64,000 nt of DNA from Gammaproteobacteria bacterium (GTDB lineage Bacteria; Pseudomonadota; Gammaproteobacteria; UBA4575). Both the position numbers and the translations under genes were made by a program. Position 1 is the first letter of the stretch. Every line of letters starts with the position of its first letter. The stretch is taken from assembly GCA_965222615.1 (NCBI GenBank), contig CBDCUI010000009.1:768001-832000 (forward strand). The letters run 5' to 3'. Below, piece by piece: positions 41,031-51,628 of this stretch. The notes below the pieces were generated by a model. It had not been told where the DNA came from. It saw only the letters and a program-made list of their open reading frames with translations, and did not search any database.

Positions 41031-42323
41031 TTAACCCTGTTTATTAACAAACTCATCAAATGTAAAAGATTTAGAAATTTGTTTGGCCTGGCTAAGGATC
41101 CATTCTACTGCTTGCTCCTCCATTACAACTGACTCAATACTTGCCATCGCTTGTGGATTATTTCGATAGTAACTAACTACTTCCTCAGGCCTACCGTAAC
41201 TTGCCGCAATCATATTGATATGATCATTTACCTTTCCGTTATCCAATTTTATTTCATTTTGCTGCACAATTTCTCCAATCATCAGCCCTAATGATATTCT
41301 ACGTTTTGCCTCTTCTTCAAATAATGTATCGGGCAATTTCGATTCATCTTTAAGATTCATTTCCTGCATGCTTTGTTCACGCAGTGCGTGAATTTCACGG
41401 TGGACTAATGAGTTGGGAACGACAAACTCATTTTTATCTAGCAGACATTGCATCACTTGAGCTTTATCAAAAGCCATTTTACGCTGGGTAAGCTCCGCCT
41501 GCATACTTTCTTTAAGCTGTTCCTTCAAAGTATCTATGCTGCCATCTTCTATACCAAGCCCCTTGATAAAATCTTCGTCAACTTCAGGCAATTCACCGGT
41601 CTCTACTTTATGCACCTTCACCTCAAAAGCTGCCGTTTTTTCAGCCAAGTCCTTTTGCATATAGTCTTTGGGGAAAGTCACATCAAAGGTCTTTTGTTCG
41701 TCTTTTTTCACACCTTCAAGCTGGTTTTCAAATTCAGGTAGCAAATTGCTATTGCCCAATACGACAGAAAAATTTTCGCTAGTTCCCCCTGGAAACAACT
41801 CCCCATCAATTGCGCCCTTAAAATCTATTGTAACCTGATCATCATTTTTAGCAGCACGATCAACTTCACTCCACTGCACTTTTTGTTTGCGTAATTTTTC
41901 AAGCACATTATCGGTATCCTGATCTGTAATCTCGACATCCGCGACTTCAATCTCAAATGTGCTCACATCGGCTAAATCAATTTCGGGATAGACTTCAAAA
42001 GTTGCAATATATTTTAAGTCTTGTTCGTTCTCTACATTCAGCGGCTCAATTTTCGGACTTCCTGCAGGCCGTAATTTTTCCTGAAGAATCGCCTCTTGAT
42101 AACTAGATTGCATTGTATCTGCAACAACTTCTTGAAATACTTGCTTGCCAAAACGTTGCTTTACAATGTTTAAAGGCACTTTCCCTGGACGAAAACCAGA
42201 GATTTTTACTTGCTGCCGCATTTTTTGTAAGCGCTGCTCAATCGCCGAAGTTACTTTTTCGGCAGGCACTTCAACCGTCATCTTGCGTTCTAAGGTGCCA
42301 GTGGTTTCTAGAGATACTTGCAT
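41031..42323 (-). CDS. tig: Trigger factor
   Basis: [23 protein letters not shown] ribosome-binding motif, FKBP domain. Confidence 0.97.
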   Translation of the reverse strand: MQVSLETTGTLERKMTVEVPAEKVTSAIEQRLQKMRQQVKISGFRPGKVPLNIVKQRFGKQVFQEVVADTMQSSYQEAILQEKLRPAGSPKIEPLNVENEQDLKYIATFEVYPEIDLADVSTFEIEVADVEITDQDTDNVLEKLRKQKVQWSEVDRAAKNDDQVTIDFKGAIDGELFPGGTSENFSVVLGNSNLLPEFENQLEGVKKDEQKTFDVTFPKDYMQKDLAEKTAAFEVKVHKVETGELPEVDEDFIKGLGIEDGSIDTLKEQLKESMQAELTQRKMAFDKAQVMQCLLDKNEFVVPNSLVHREIHALREQSMQEMNLKDESKLPDTLFEEEAKRRISLGLMIGEIVQQNEIKLDNGKVNDHINMIAASYGRPEEVVSYYRNNPQAMASIESVVMEEQAVEWILSQAKQISKSFTFDEFVNKQG

Positions 42324-42715
42324 ATTTGGTTTTGTATTTTTAATAAAGGTAACCGAGTATATATGAATTCACGGATTATAAAGACCTAGTATTGGTGGAT
42401 ATTAAGTCGGCTAAGAGTTCAGCAATTATTTGTGCTAGCCTACAAAGGTACATAAATTATGCTTATTCAGTATTATCCTTGCTCGCTATAAATTTCTTGC
42501 CTAACGTCATCAGTAGTATTCTTGCTAGCTATAATCGATCGTGCGAGCACCTCTTATCCTGCATGGAAGCAATTCTTAATTAACTGAGCAGAATAGAAGT
42601 CTAGGTTTACCTAAACACTGCTATTCGTGCCCTCTATAAAAACAAATCATGCTTGGTCAGTATTATCCTTGCATAACTTAGCGCTCTTGCCCTACTCATT
42701 GTAGTGCAAGGCTCT

Positions 42716-42801
<86 letters not shown>

Positions 42802-42918
42802 TAACGTATGTACATCTGGCCAATTTATAATAGCCGGGCCTTAATTATAACTGAAAATTAAATATACTAACGTTAATCTAGTATTAGCAATACTCAACAA
42901 ACCACCCAATAATTATTT

Positions 42919-43800
42919 ATGCCTGCCCTGATTGTATTTATTGCTTTATTTATATTTGCACTGATTGCAGGAGCAATGCTTGCTTACCCTGTGCACATTC
43001 TTTTATCTAACTGGTTTGAACTAGATTTTGAACGTGTAATTAGTCGCAGCGTTGTCATTATGGTCCTCGTATTATTTTTATTAATGTTTAGAAAACTAGG
43101 TTTTAATTCCTGGAGAGATATTGGCTATAGCCACAACAAAAAAGAATTTTGGTCTGAATTTCCAAAAGGGTTTGGCCTTGGACTATTAATTATGTTACCT
43201 GTTGTTGCAGGGCTATTAATTGCTAAGACAAGACTCATTGATCCTGCTTGGGATTGGTCTTTTACGAGTATAGTCACATTAATCATCACCGCACTGTTAA
43301 GTGGATTGATCATTGCATTTATCGAGGAAACCTTGTTTCGTGGCGCCATGTTGACTGCCATTCGACGGCAAGCTTCCAATCTATTCGCCGTAGTATCCAC
43401 AAGCTTGGTTTACGCATTTGTACATTTTCTACAACCTGAAACTCATTTAACCCAAAATCCTCTAAATTGGACGAGCGGATTAACTGTATTAAAAAACGCA
43501 TTTACACCTTTATTTCAGCCCACAGAACATATTGACTCTTTTATCGCATTATTTCTTGCGGGTGTATTACTTGCATTAGTTAAGAACCACACAAACAAGC
43601 TCGCTATTTGCATCGGATTACATACTGGTTGGGTGTTTATTATCAAGGTATTTAGACGTCTGACAAACTCAAACATCAACACCGATTATTCTTTTTTAGC
43701 TGGCAGCTACGACAAAGTTATTGGCTACCTGGCCGCATTTTGTATTGCTATTGCAATTGTGATCTTTATAAAAATTAAAAATCGACCACAACTTAATTAA
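42919..43800 (+). CDS. CPBP (CAAX protease/Abi) intramembrane metalloprotease
   Basis: EETLFRG, AFVHF, IGLHTGW; multiple TM helices. Confidence 0.9.
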   Translation: MPALIVFIALFIFALIAGAMLAYPVHILLSNWFELDFERVISRSVVIMVLVLFLLMFRKLGFNSWRDIGYSHNKKEFWSEFPKGFGLGLLIMLPVVAGLLIAKTRLIDPAWDWSFTSIVTLIITALLSGLIIAFIEETLFRGAMLTAIRRQASNLFAVVSTSLVYAFVHFLQPETHLTQNPLNWTSGLTVLKNAFTPLFQPTEHIDSFIALFLAGVLLALVKNHTNKLAICIGLHTGWVFIIKVFRRLTNSNINTDYSFLAGSYDKVIGYLAAFCIAIAIVIFIKIKNRPQLN

Positions 43801-44429
43801 TGCCTGTTTATTAAAACTCGTTTCCAGCCTATTAGATAAGCATCTAATAACCAATATCGCTCAGAATGATTCACATAAGGAATAGTACGGGCAAAATTAT
43901 TACTCCATTTTAAATTTAGATAATTTTGTTCTACTACTTGTACTGTGGATTGTTGCTCATTAATTGCAACCACTACCGCCACATGGCCGGTGCCAAGATA
44001 TTCTCTACCGTAGATGAGCAAATCGCCTCTCTGTGGCTTAGCCTTAGCGCCATTCACGATGGAGTTAAATAGATGTGCTTCATCTGTGAGGGGATTGATG
44101 ACGTTTTCAAGATCCCAAATATCTGCAGCTATATCAACGTCCCCATAAACGACACCTAATTCTTGCAATAACCAACGCCTGGCATATTCCACACACTGCC
44201 ATTTAATACCGGTATAGATGCCTTTGTGGTGGTTAGGTTCGAATATCACACAATCTGAACTACAATTTGAATAGGCTGGAATACCCGCTGGTGATTTCCC
44301 AAGTTCTAATCCATACTGCGTTTCGCAGTCTATACTACACTGCTGAGGTATAGATTCGACATTCTCTGACAACACTATTTTACTAGGCAGTAGAAGTACT
44401 AATGAAAGATATAACTGCAGCAATTTCAT
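43797..44429 (-). CDS. Secreted CHAP-domain amidase (glutathionylspermidine-amidase-like)
   Basis: GIKWQCVEYARRW (Cys), GHVAVV (His), EQN; signal-like N-terminus MKLLQLY. Confidence 0.88.
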   Translation of the reverse strand: MKLLQLYLSLVLLLPSKIVLSENVESIPQQCSIDCETQYGLELGKSPAGIPAYSNCSSDCVIFEPNHHKGIYTGIKWQCVEYARRWLLQELGVVYGDVDIAADIWDLENVINPLTDEAHLFNSIVNGAKAKPQRGDLLIYGREYLGTGHVAVVVAINEQQSTVQVVEQNYLNLKWSNNFARTIPYVNHSERYWLLDAYLIGWKRVLINRH

Positions 44430-44630
44430 TCTGTAAAATATGATTATTAGAGTTTCTATACTTGAATCGGACTGATTAGAATACAACCATTATCGTTTAT
44501 CAATATGCAATCTAGCCCGAAAAGTGCTAGACGTTTACAACTAAAAGTGTGCGATTGGGGGAAGAATTTAATGGAAATTCTGGTATAAAATTATTACTTT
44601 ACACATTGCTAAATATATTTAGGAGTACTT

Positions 44631-44831
44631 GTGGGCCTTAAAGTGAATTGTTCCGATCTAGCGGCTATATTTGGTGTTAGCCAAGCGAAAATTGATACCT
44701 GGACCGAACAAGGCTTGCCATATTCTGTTAAACCTAGAAGAGACTCCAAAAGTATAAACAGTTCTAAAGATTATATTTTTGATACAACTGAAGTTATCGA
44801 ATGGTGTATCAAAAATAAAATTTCACTTTAA
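44631..44831 (+). CDS. Small winged-HTH protein resembling the lambda Nu1 (terminase small subunit) DNA-binding domain
   Basis: KVNCSDLAAIFGVSQAKIDTWTEQGLP...FDTTEVIEW vs Nu1 EVNKKQLADIFGASIRTIQNWQEQGMP...YDSAAVIKW; RBS aggag. Confidence 0.75.
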   Translation: MGLKVNCSDLAAIFGVSQAKIDTWTEQGLPYSVKPRRDSKSINSSKDYIFDTTEVIEWCIKNKISL

Positions 44832-44847
44832 GACTATTCTCCAAGAC

Positions 44848-44889
44848 ATAAAAAAAGCCCACGTTTTATAAAACGTGGGCTTTTTATTT
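44848..44889. terminator. Bidirectional rho-independent terminator
   Basis: ataaaaaaagcccacgtttt-at-aaaacgtgggctttttttat between convergent genes. Confidence 0.92.
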
Positions 44890-44900
44890 ATATGCGCAGA

Positions 44901-45680
44901 CTAATTATGTACGCGCAATTCTACTCTTCTATTTTGAGCACGGCCTTCACTAGTACTGTTATCTGCAACTGGCTGTGATTCTCCATAACCTGAAGCTGAT
45001 AAACGCGAACTACTGACACCCTGAGAAACCAGATAGTCTCTTACCGCATTGGCACGGCGCTCTGACAATCCTTGGTTATAACCAGCATCACCGACACTAT
45101 CTGTATGACCTGCAATTTCTACTGCCACACCGGGGTTAGCATTCAATGTCTCAGCAGTAGCATTGAGTACCGCAATGGACTCGCTCTTCAGCTCAGCCGA
45201 ATCTGTAACGAAATAGATTCCACTAAGTGAAATAGCCTTGGCTTTAACCTCGCAACCTTGTGCATCGACCTTTGTGCCGCGTGGGGTTCCAGGACATGCA
45301 TCTTTACTGTCCACTACACCATCACCATCACTATCCAGTTCACAGCCATTACTGTCGACTTTCACGCCTGGTGGGGTCCCTGGGCATCGATCATTATTAT
45401 CAATGACGCCATCTCCATCTGAATCACTTGGTTCAGGTTCTGGCTCGGGTTCAGGCTCAGGCTCCTCAGCAGAGCTTGGGCAAATAATAAAACCTAATAT
45501 TCCACCAACTGCAGCACCGACTAGTGCGCCATCACCATCATCGGCAGCACCTCCAACTGCAGTTCCACCAACTGCACCTGCTGCCGCACAAGCCATACGG
45601 CTATCCCAAGCGCGAGTAGCACAACCAGATGCCAATAAGATCATAAGTACGATTAGGACTATCGTTTTCAAGTTATTCAT
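44901..45680 (-). CDS. OmpA-family lipoprotein with glycine zipper and thrombospondin type-3 Ca-binding repeats
   Basis: LASGC lipobox, (EP)n linker, DSDGDGV..D.CPGTP repeats, GHTDSVG...NRRVEL. Confidence 0.93.
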   Translation of the reverse strand: MNNLKTIVLIVLMILLASGCATRAWDSRMACAAAGAVGGTAVGGAADDGDGALVGAAVGGILGFIICPSSAEEPEPEPEPEPEPSDSDGDGVIDNNDRCPGTPPGVKVDSNGCELDSDGDGVVDSKDACPGTPRGTKVDAQGCEVKAKAISLSGIYFVTDSAELKSESIAVLNATAETLNANPGVAVEIAGHTDSVGDAGYNQGLSERRANAVRDYLVSQGVSSSRLSASGYGESQPVADNSTSEGRAQNRRVELRVHN

Positions 45681-45876
45681 AATTTTAGACTCGGTAGTTA
45701 TTAAAATTTAGTGACGTCATTGTGTTAGCCCACAACTTTGACGAAGTTAAAGTCAATTGTAAACATTACTATTTACTATTTGCAATATTTAACATCCTAT
45801 CATGATCTAGCTAAGTAGCGCAGTTGATAAAAATGAAAACTAAAAACTATTTTTGTAACCTTCGCCAGGTCATGTT

Positions 45877-45953
45877 TGGGGTGAGCGATGGGGATCGAAC
45901 CCACGACCACAGGAATCACAATCCTGCGCTCTACCAACTGAGCTACGCTCACC
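45877..45953 (-). tRNA. tRNA-His(GTG)
   Basis: GGTGAGCGTAGCTCAGTTGGTAGAGCGCAGGATTGTGATTCCTG...CCA. Confidence 0.96.
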
Positions 45954-46174
45954 ATAAGAACTTAAATATTAACGCATTTGCGTCAGACATGACCATGATA
46001 CTCATTAAAATTTTTACTTAATAACCGAATCAATCATGATCGCATTAGCCTTTTTAATGTTTTAATTTCAAAAGTCAACTAGTTATCAATTTGTAATGAT
46101 TAGCTTTATCAAAGAACTCATATGGGATGAATAGAATAGCTATTCGACAGCTTTATTTACTTGTACTCAGAGAT

Positions 46175-46218
46175 GAATCGCTACGCGATCATTTATTTGC
46201 GCATAGTACCCATGCGCA
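46175..46218. repeat. 44-nt two-hairpin repeat, copy A (3' of tRNA-Arg)
   Basis: gaatcgctacgcgatcatttatttgcgcatagtacccatgcgca aligns without gaps to 53543-53586 and 53792-53835. Confidence 0.75.
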
Positions 46219-46233
46219 TGTGTCACGCAAGTC

Positions 46234-46310
46234 TGGCGCGCCCGAGAGGACTCGAACCTCTAACCCTCGGCTTAGAAGGCCGATGCTCTATCCGGTTGAG
46301 CTACGGGCGC
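46234..46310 (-). tRNA. tRNA-Arg(TCT)
   Basis: GCGCCCGTAGCTCAACCGGATAGAGCATCGGCCTTCTAAGCCGA...CCA. Confidence 0.96.
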
Positions 46311-46451
46311 AGTACAGGTTCTTGTTAGTGTAGCATTGGAATTTTCACCATGTGAATGGATGCTTCCACTTGAGATCAATGAGCTGTTAAACAAATGAGC
46401 TATTGCACAAGTAGTCTAGCGACTAGTTAGCAATGATTGCGAAATGACAAA

Positions 46452-46730
46452 TTAGATATCAGATTTATGATGACGCTCAATCCAAGCATGCTGGACTCGA
46501 ACCAACCCAGAAGAGCATAGATAAAAAATGTTTGCATTGATATGGGGAAGATGCCAAGTAAATGACTTATTGCGCAATACTTGTGGCTCTACTTCTCTCA
46601 AGTAATTAAGTACAAAACCGAGCAACACAACACAGGCTACCAGGGGTACTGCAATCACAGACAAAAGCAGCAACACGCTCAGCGTGATGAATTTCAAGAG
46701 ATTTATGAGAGCGTAGATAATCCAATGCAT
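46452..46730 (-). CDS. Small hypothetical membrane protein
   Basis: 92-aa ORF with hydrophobic N-half and a plausible RBS (gggaag); no family recognised. Confidence 0.5.
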   Translation of the reverse strand: MHWIIYALINLLKFITLSVLLLLSVIAVPLVACVVLLGFVLNYLREVEPQVLRNKSFTWHLPHINANIFYLCSSGLVRVQHAWIERHHKSDI

Positions 46731-46941
46731 ATTCGATATCTTCCCTGTTCTTATGGTTATTGTGACTAGATCTTTTAAAAAAAGTTTTGATGGGCTTCAA
46801 AAATCACCTGTCTAAGTCCATCATTTATAAGCAATTAGCTCACATTTTCACCGAGTTACAGCTTTATCCTTATAGAGGTTATTAATAAATTTAATCAGCC
46901 CAAATATTAGCTCAGCACTCAAAAATCTTCAATAAATATCT

Positions 46942-47802
46942 ATGTATTTTCCTTTAGTCATCAAGCTGTTAGCAAAATTACCCTTATCTGTATTACATGC
47001 CTTCAGCTGGATCGCTTACGTCCTACTTTTCCACATATTCGGCGTGCGCAAGCAACTTACTCTGCAAAACATAAGAAAATCACTTACTAATTATTCTGAA
47101 ACCGAACAACAGCAAATTGCCAAGAATCATTACAAAAGTATATGCATGGTATTTGCAGAAACGATTAAGTCATTTAGCTTAAACAAAGAGCAAATTAAAC
47201 AACGTGTAAAATTTATCAATTTAGAAATTTTAGAAAAATATTTAGCGAATAATCAATCAGCAATTGTTGTTACCGCACATCACTGCAATCCAGAATGGGC
47301 ATTACTAGCAATTGCTCAGCATGTAAATTTTCCTGTAGATATGATTTATCGAACTCAACGTGTCGCTTGGCTTGATAAACTATTTTATGAGCTCCGCACC
47401 AAATTCGGAATCACCCCATTACCAATGCAAACCTGTATTGCTGATTCAGTTAAGCGCTCAAAAATTACAAGAGTGATCACCTTGGCGGCAGATCAATCCC
47501 CTAAAGTAAATGATACTCCGTATTGGCATACATTTTTAAATCGCGATACAGCATTTCATACAGGAACAGAAAAAATTGCCAAAGCTTTTAAATATCCCCT
47601 TATATTTATGTCAATGAAAAGACAACGCAAAGGTTATTATGAAGCTACACTAAAGTTGTTAGCTGAACCGCCTTACACTTTAAAATCTAATGAGCTTATG
47701 CAAAAGTATATTACTGAATTAGAGGCATTAGTAACCGCGAGTCCTAAAGACTGGCTATGGGCATATCGCCGCTGGAAAATTGTCAAGCCGGTTTATGACT
47801 AG
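46942..47802 (+). CDS. Lipid A biosynthesis acyltransferase family (LpxL/HtrB-like), copy 1
   Basis: AHHCNPE (H-x4-E), ADQSP, DWLWAYRRWK. Confidence 0.88.
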   Translation: MYFPLVIKLLAKLPLSVLHAFSWIAYVLLFHIFGVRKQLTLQNIRKSLTNYSETEQQQIAKNHYKSICMVFAETIKSFSLNKEQIKQRVKFINLEILEKYLANNQSAIVVTAHHCNPEWALLAIAQHVNFPVDMIYRTQRVAWLDKLFYELRTKFGITPLPMQTCIADSVKRSKITRVITLAADQSPKVNDTPYWHTFLNRDTAFHTGTEKIAKAFKYPLIFMSMKRQRKGYYEATLKLLAEPPYTLKSNELMQKYITELEALVTASPKDWLWAYRRWKIVKPVYD

Positions 47803-48512
47803 CTATCCTGATAAGAAAGTCTTTGCAAATATAAAAAGATTGCTGCAGAAATTCCCGAAGAACCAAATAACACACTCATAATTACAATTTGGTATTTCGC
47901 AGCTACTAAAGGCGAAACACCCGATAAGATTTGCCCAGTCATCATCCCTGGTAAAGCCACCAATCCAACTGCGAAAAATGTATTGATCGATGGAATCAAT
48001 GATGCCGTAAAAGCATTATTACGTGCATGTATATAATTATTTAAAACCGGACTATCTGCCTCAAAACGTTCTGCTGCCAAACTAACCGTATTCATTGCAT
48101 TAGAAAAAATCATACCTGCTAACGGAATTACGTATTGTGGTTCATACCAATAATCAATTCTAAGGACAGCAACAGTAGTCAGCATAAGTGTAGAGACTCC
48201 ACCTATGAATATGGCAAATAATGCCTCTAGAAATTTACGCAAAGAACGTTGCTTAAGTGGTCTCAGTGCAATCCAACTCGCTGCCAATAACATTATGGAT
48301 AATACAAACAACACAATACTCGAATTATTTAAAGAAAATATGGAAGTCAAAATATATCCAATAGCGATTAATTGAATTAACATGCGAACTGAAGCATAAA
48401 CCGCTGTTTTACTGTTCAACGACCAGACCGCCAAAATTACAACCACGACTACGATAGGAATCAATGCAACGGCTAAGTCAAATAACCCAATTTCATATAA
48501 ACTAATTTTCAT
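47799..48512 (-). CDS. ABC-type permease UPF0014 (FetB/YbbM-like)
   Basis: RMLIQLIAIGYIL, IPLAGM, GLVALPGMMTGQILSGVSPLVAAKYQI; partner ATPase not adjacent. Confidence 0.88.
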   Translation of the reverse strand: MKISLYEIGLFDLAVALIPIVVVVVILAVWSLNSKTAVYASVRMLIQLIAIGYILTSIFSLNNSSIVLFVLSIMLLAASWIALRPLKQRSLRKFLEALFAIFIGGVSTLMLTTVAVLRIDYWYEPQYVIPLAGMIFSNAMNTVSLAAERFEADSPVLNNYIHARNNAFTASLIPSINTFFAVGLVALPGMMTGQILSGVSPLVAAKYQIVIMSVLFGSSGISAAIFLYLQRLSYQDS

Positions 48513-48616
48513 ATATTTTCCTCAGTCTACTTCGAGCAGTATTTTTAAACATACCAGTGAATCCACTTTACTTTATTAAAACATATTAGTTTCTGAATCT
48601 ATTTACTGACTTAAGA

Positions 48617-49474
48617 ATGCTAAAACAAATAGTTAATCTTATTGCTGCGATGCCGATGTCAGTACTTTATGGCATTTCTAAACCGCTTTATTTTTTACTT
48701 TTTCATATTTTACGCTTGAAACGTGATATTGCAGAAAAAAATATAACTAACTCATTCCCAGATATGGATAAGAGCGAACAACAGCAGCTTCTTAAAAACC
48801 ATTACCGAAATTTATGCGATGTTATATTGGAGATAATTAAAAGCTTTAGAATGAAACCAGATCAGCTCAGTGATCATGTCAAATTCACCAATACAGATCT
48901 CATTGAACAAACACTAAAACAAGAAAAACCAATTTTATTAGCGGTTGCACATCACTGTAACCAAGAATGGGCCATGCTTGCAGCCAGCCAGCATTTTGAT
49001 ACTCCGATCGACGCGGTGTACAAACCACTACATGTAAAATGGCTTGATCAACTAGCCAATGAATCCCGCTCTCGTTTTAACATCACGTTAATTCCGGCGA
49101 AAACCTGTGTAACAGATTTAATTAAACGCGCTAATCTGACACGCATTATTGCAATTGCAGCAGATCAAGCACCGCGGCGCAGAGACGAAGCATATTGGAC
49201 TAAATTTATGCATCAAGATACGCCTTTCTACTTAGGACTTGAAAAGATTGCCTTATTATTTAAGTACCCAGTTTTTTTTATGGAGCTTGAGCGTCTTAGC
49301 CCAGGAAAATATCAAGCTAATTTCAAGCAAATCTCTAGTCCACCGTATGAGAAAGAGTCACATCTAATAACTGCACACTATGCAAGAGCCGTAGAAGAAC
49401 AAATATTACGTCGGCCAGAAGATTGGCTGTGGACTCATAAAAGATGGAAAAAGAAAAAGTCTTTATATGATTAA
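48617..49474 (+). CDS. Lipid A biosynthesis acyltransferase family (LpxL/HtrB-like), copy 2
   Basis: AHHCNQE, AADQAP, DWLWTHKRWK; paralogue of 46942-47802. Confidence 0.88.
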   Translation: MLKQIVNLIAAMPMSVLYGISKPLYFLLFHILRLKRDIAEKNITNSFPDMDKSEQQQLLKNHYRNLCDVILEIIKSFRMKPDQLSDHVKFTNTDLIEQTLKQEKPILLAVAHHCNQEWAMLAASQHFDTPIDAVYKPLHVKWLDQLANESRSRFNITLIPAKTCVTDLIKRANLTRIIAIAADQAPRRRDEAYWTKFMHQDTPFYLGLEKIALLFKYPVFFMELERLSPGKYQANFKQISSPPYEKESHLITAHYARAVEEQILRRPEDWLWTHKRWKKKKSLYD

Positions 49475-51421
49475 TTCACTTTTTGCGCGCTCGCGTAAAA
49501 AATTTGCTAGATCATAAATACTTGGATGTTCGACTAGATCCGTTATTTCTACCTTCCCTGGATAGAGCTCATCTAATCCAGTATGTATTTCAACTAAGGC
49601 CAATGAGCTTGCCCCAATCTCTAACAGGCTATCATGAATACTAAAGGATTTATCAGGCAAGGCCTCTATACAAATTTGTCTAATTGAATTCAAAATTGCA
49701 TCACTTTGGTCTTCTGAATCATCTGCTTTATTTTTCTCTTCCAGATCGGTTAATTGCTCAATCACTTCATCATACAAACCAGCTTGATAATTATCTGCTA
49801 AAGCCGATCGCTGCACTTTGCCACTGGTTGTTTTCGGAACCTTCTTGATAGGGATGACTTGATGAACTTCTATGCCAAATTGCTCATTTACCAACGCCTT
49901 AACTTTTGCCGATAACGGTAAAAATTCTTCTGGTTTTCCCTTGTGCAATATAAACACAAGCACTTCTTCCAGATCAGTCCGTTTAGATGGCGCTCCCGCA
50001 ACCACAACCTTGCCCAACTCAATATCGGGAAGTCCTTGCAACATTTCTTCAATATCATAGGGATAATAATTCTGCCCATTTACAAAGAGTATTTCTTTAT
50101 AGCGACCTGTGATGAACAAACTTTTTTCACCTACAAAACCCAGATCACCCGTATCGACCCAACCACCTTCATAAAATATCCCACCCTCATCGCCAATAAT
50201 TTTTTCGGTTACGTTAGTTCCGCCAATATGGATGTGCCCTACGGTATTGCCAGCCAACTCATTACCATCGTGGTCACTAATTCTTACTTTGCAGTTTTTG
50301 ATAGGTGTACCCACCCCTACCAGTGCAACACTCGACTCAGAATCCTGATCGATTTCGATGGACCCTCCTATCGAAAGCGACGCACGCAACACCTTCGCGA
50401 CTTCTAAACCCGCACCAATTTCAGGAAAACTAACCGCTAAACTTGCCTCGGCCAAGCCATAAACCGGAAACATGCTATGTTCGGGCAATCCATACTTTTT
50501 CATTGCAGACATAAACTGCTCACAAAGATTTACCGAAATAGGCTCAGCGCCATTAAAAATCAAACGAACATGCGATAAATCAATATCACTTAAGCCTTTA
50601 CGTTTAAATGCATTTAAAAAATGTTTGTAGCCAAAATTTGGTGAACACAGCACAGTGGCTTTTTTTTCACTGGTGGCAGTCATCCAATACAAAGGCCGAC
50701 GCACGAACAATTCAGTGCGCATAATGTAATGACTATAATTACAAACAATTGGATTTAGATGAAAACCAATTAAGCCCATATCATGAGTTAACGGCATCCA
50801 GCTCAAACTAATATCATGCGTAGAGAAGGCAGCATCTTGTTGAATACCTTCTATATTAGCGATTAAATTTCGATGTTTTAAAACAACGCCTTTTGGACTA
50901 CCTGTAGAACCAGAGGAAAACTGAATAAAAGAGACATCTTGTGGATCAACCTTTTCAATTTCACCTGGCGAAGAAATATCTACAATCTCATCTGTAAGAA
51001 CAGTGTTTTTTTCCAACTGTGTATAGATTGAAGTTAGATCAGATTCTTGTGCACTTGCGGATAATTTAAATAAATTTTTACGATTGGTATATAGATATGG
51101 GTTACCAAGTTTTTGTGCAACATTAAATACTTTTTGACGATGTTGATCACTGATTCCTACTGCTAGTGGCACCGGGATTATTCCGCCAAATTGACATGCC
51201 CAAAAGACATCGATCATTTGTTCATTATTATTCAAGAATAAAATTAGGTAATCGCCTTTACCTATGTTTCTTTGCTGAAGGACTTTGAGCAACCCCAAAG
51301 AACGTTGATATAAAGACTCAAACGTGATTTGTTTTTCTTCATCTTGTCCCTCGATAAAGCCAACAAATCGTTGTTCACCACGATTTTGCTCTAAGGCATC
51401 GGTTAAGGTTTGAAACTGCAT
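49463..51421 (-). CDS. Fatty acyl-AMP ligase-like adenylation domain fused to a carrier (ACP/PCP) domain
   Basis: IQFSSGSTGSPKG, SWMPLTHDMGLIG, NGAEPI, YGLAEA, TGDLG, KTTSGK; C-terminal EIGASSL phosphopantetheine site. Confidence 0.9.
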   Translation of the reverse strand: MQFQTLTDALEQNRGEQRFVGFIEGQDEEKQITFESLYQRSLGLLKVLQQRNIGKGDYLILFLNNNEQMIDVFWACQFGGIIPVPLAVGISDQHRQKVFNVAQKLGNPYLYTNRKNLFKLSASAQESDLTSIYTQLEKNTVLTDEIVDISSPGEIEKVDPQDVSFIQFSSGSTGSPKGVVLKHRNLIANIEGIQQDAAFSTHDISLSWMPLTHDMGLIGFHLNPIVCNYSHYIMRTELFVRRPLYWMTATSEKKATVLCSPNFGYKHFLNAFKRKGLSDIDLSHVRLIFNGAEPISVNLCEQFMSAMKKYGLPEHSMFPVYGLAEASLAVSFPEIGAGLEVAKVLRASLSIGGSIEIDQDSESSVALVGVGTPIKNCKVRISDHDGNELAGNTVGHIHIGGTNVTEKIIGDEGGIFYEGGWVDTGDLGFVGEKSLFITGRYKEILFVNGQNYYPYDIEEMLQGLPDIELGKVVVAGAPSKRTDLEEVLVFILHKGKPEEFLPLSAKVKALVNEQFGIEVHQVIPIKKVPKTTSGKVQRSALADNYQAGLYDEVIEQLTDLEEKNKADDSEDQSDAILNSIRQICIEALPDKSFSIHDSLLEIGASSLALVEIHTGLDELYPGKVEITDLVEHPSIYDLANFLRERAKSELII

Positions 51422-51526
51422 GTAGTATTGAATTTTTTATTAACTGGTTCAGGTAGTTAGAATATAACAGGCGAGTTTTATCCTTAATTGAATAATGAAA
51501 ATTTATGATTATAATTTAGTAGGATT

Positions 51527-51565
51527 AATGCTAAGAATACGTCCTTAGGACGTATTCTTAGCATT
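51527..51565. promoter_or_regulatory. 39-bp palindrome, putative AbiEi operator 1
   Basis: aatgctaagaatacgtcct-t-aggacgtattcttagcatt (perfect 19-bp arms). Confidence 0.85.
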
Positions 51566-51628
51566 TAATTAACCAATTGTCAACACCCTTTTAGCCTTAT
51601 AATCAGGCACTACATAGACTCTAAATAT

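Noticed and set aside
45430-45466. ggttcaggttctggctcg tandem repeat
   Set aside because: Encodes the (EP)n linker of the OmpA lipoprotein; an ordinary coding repeat
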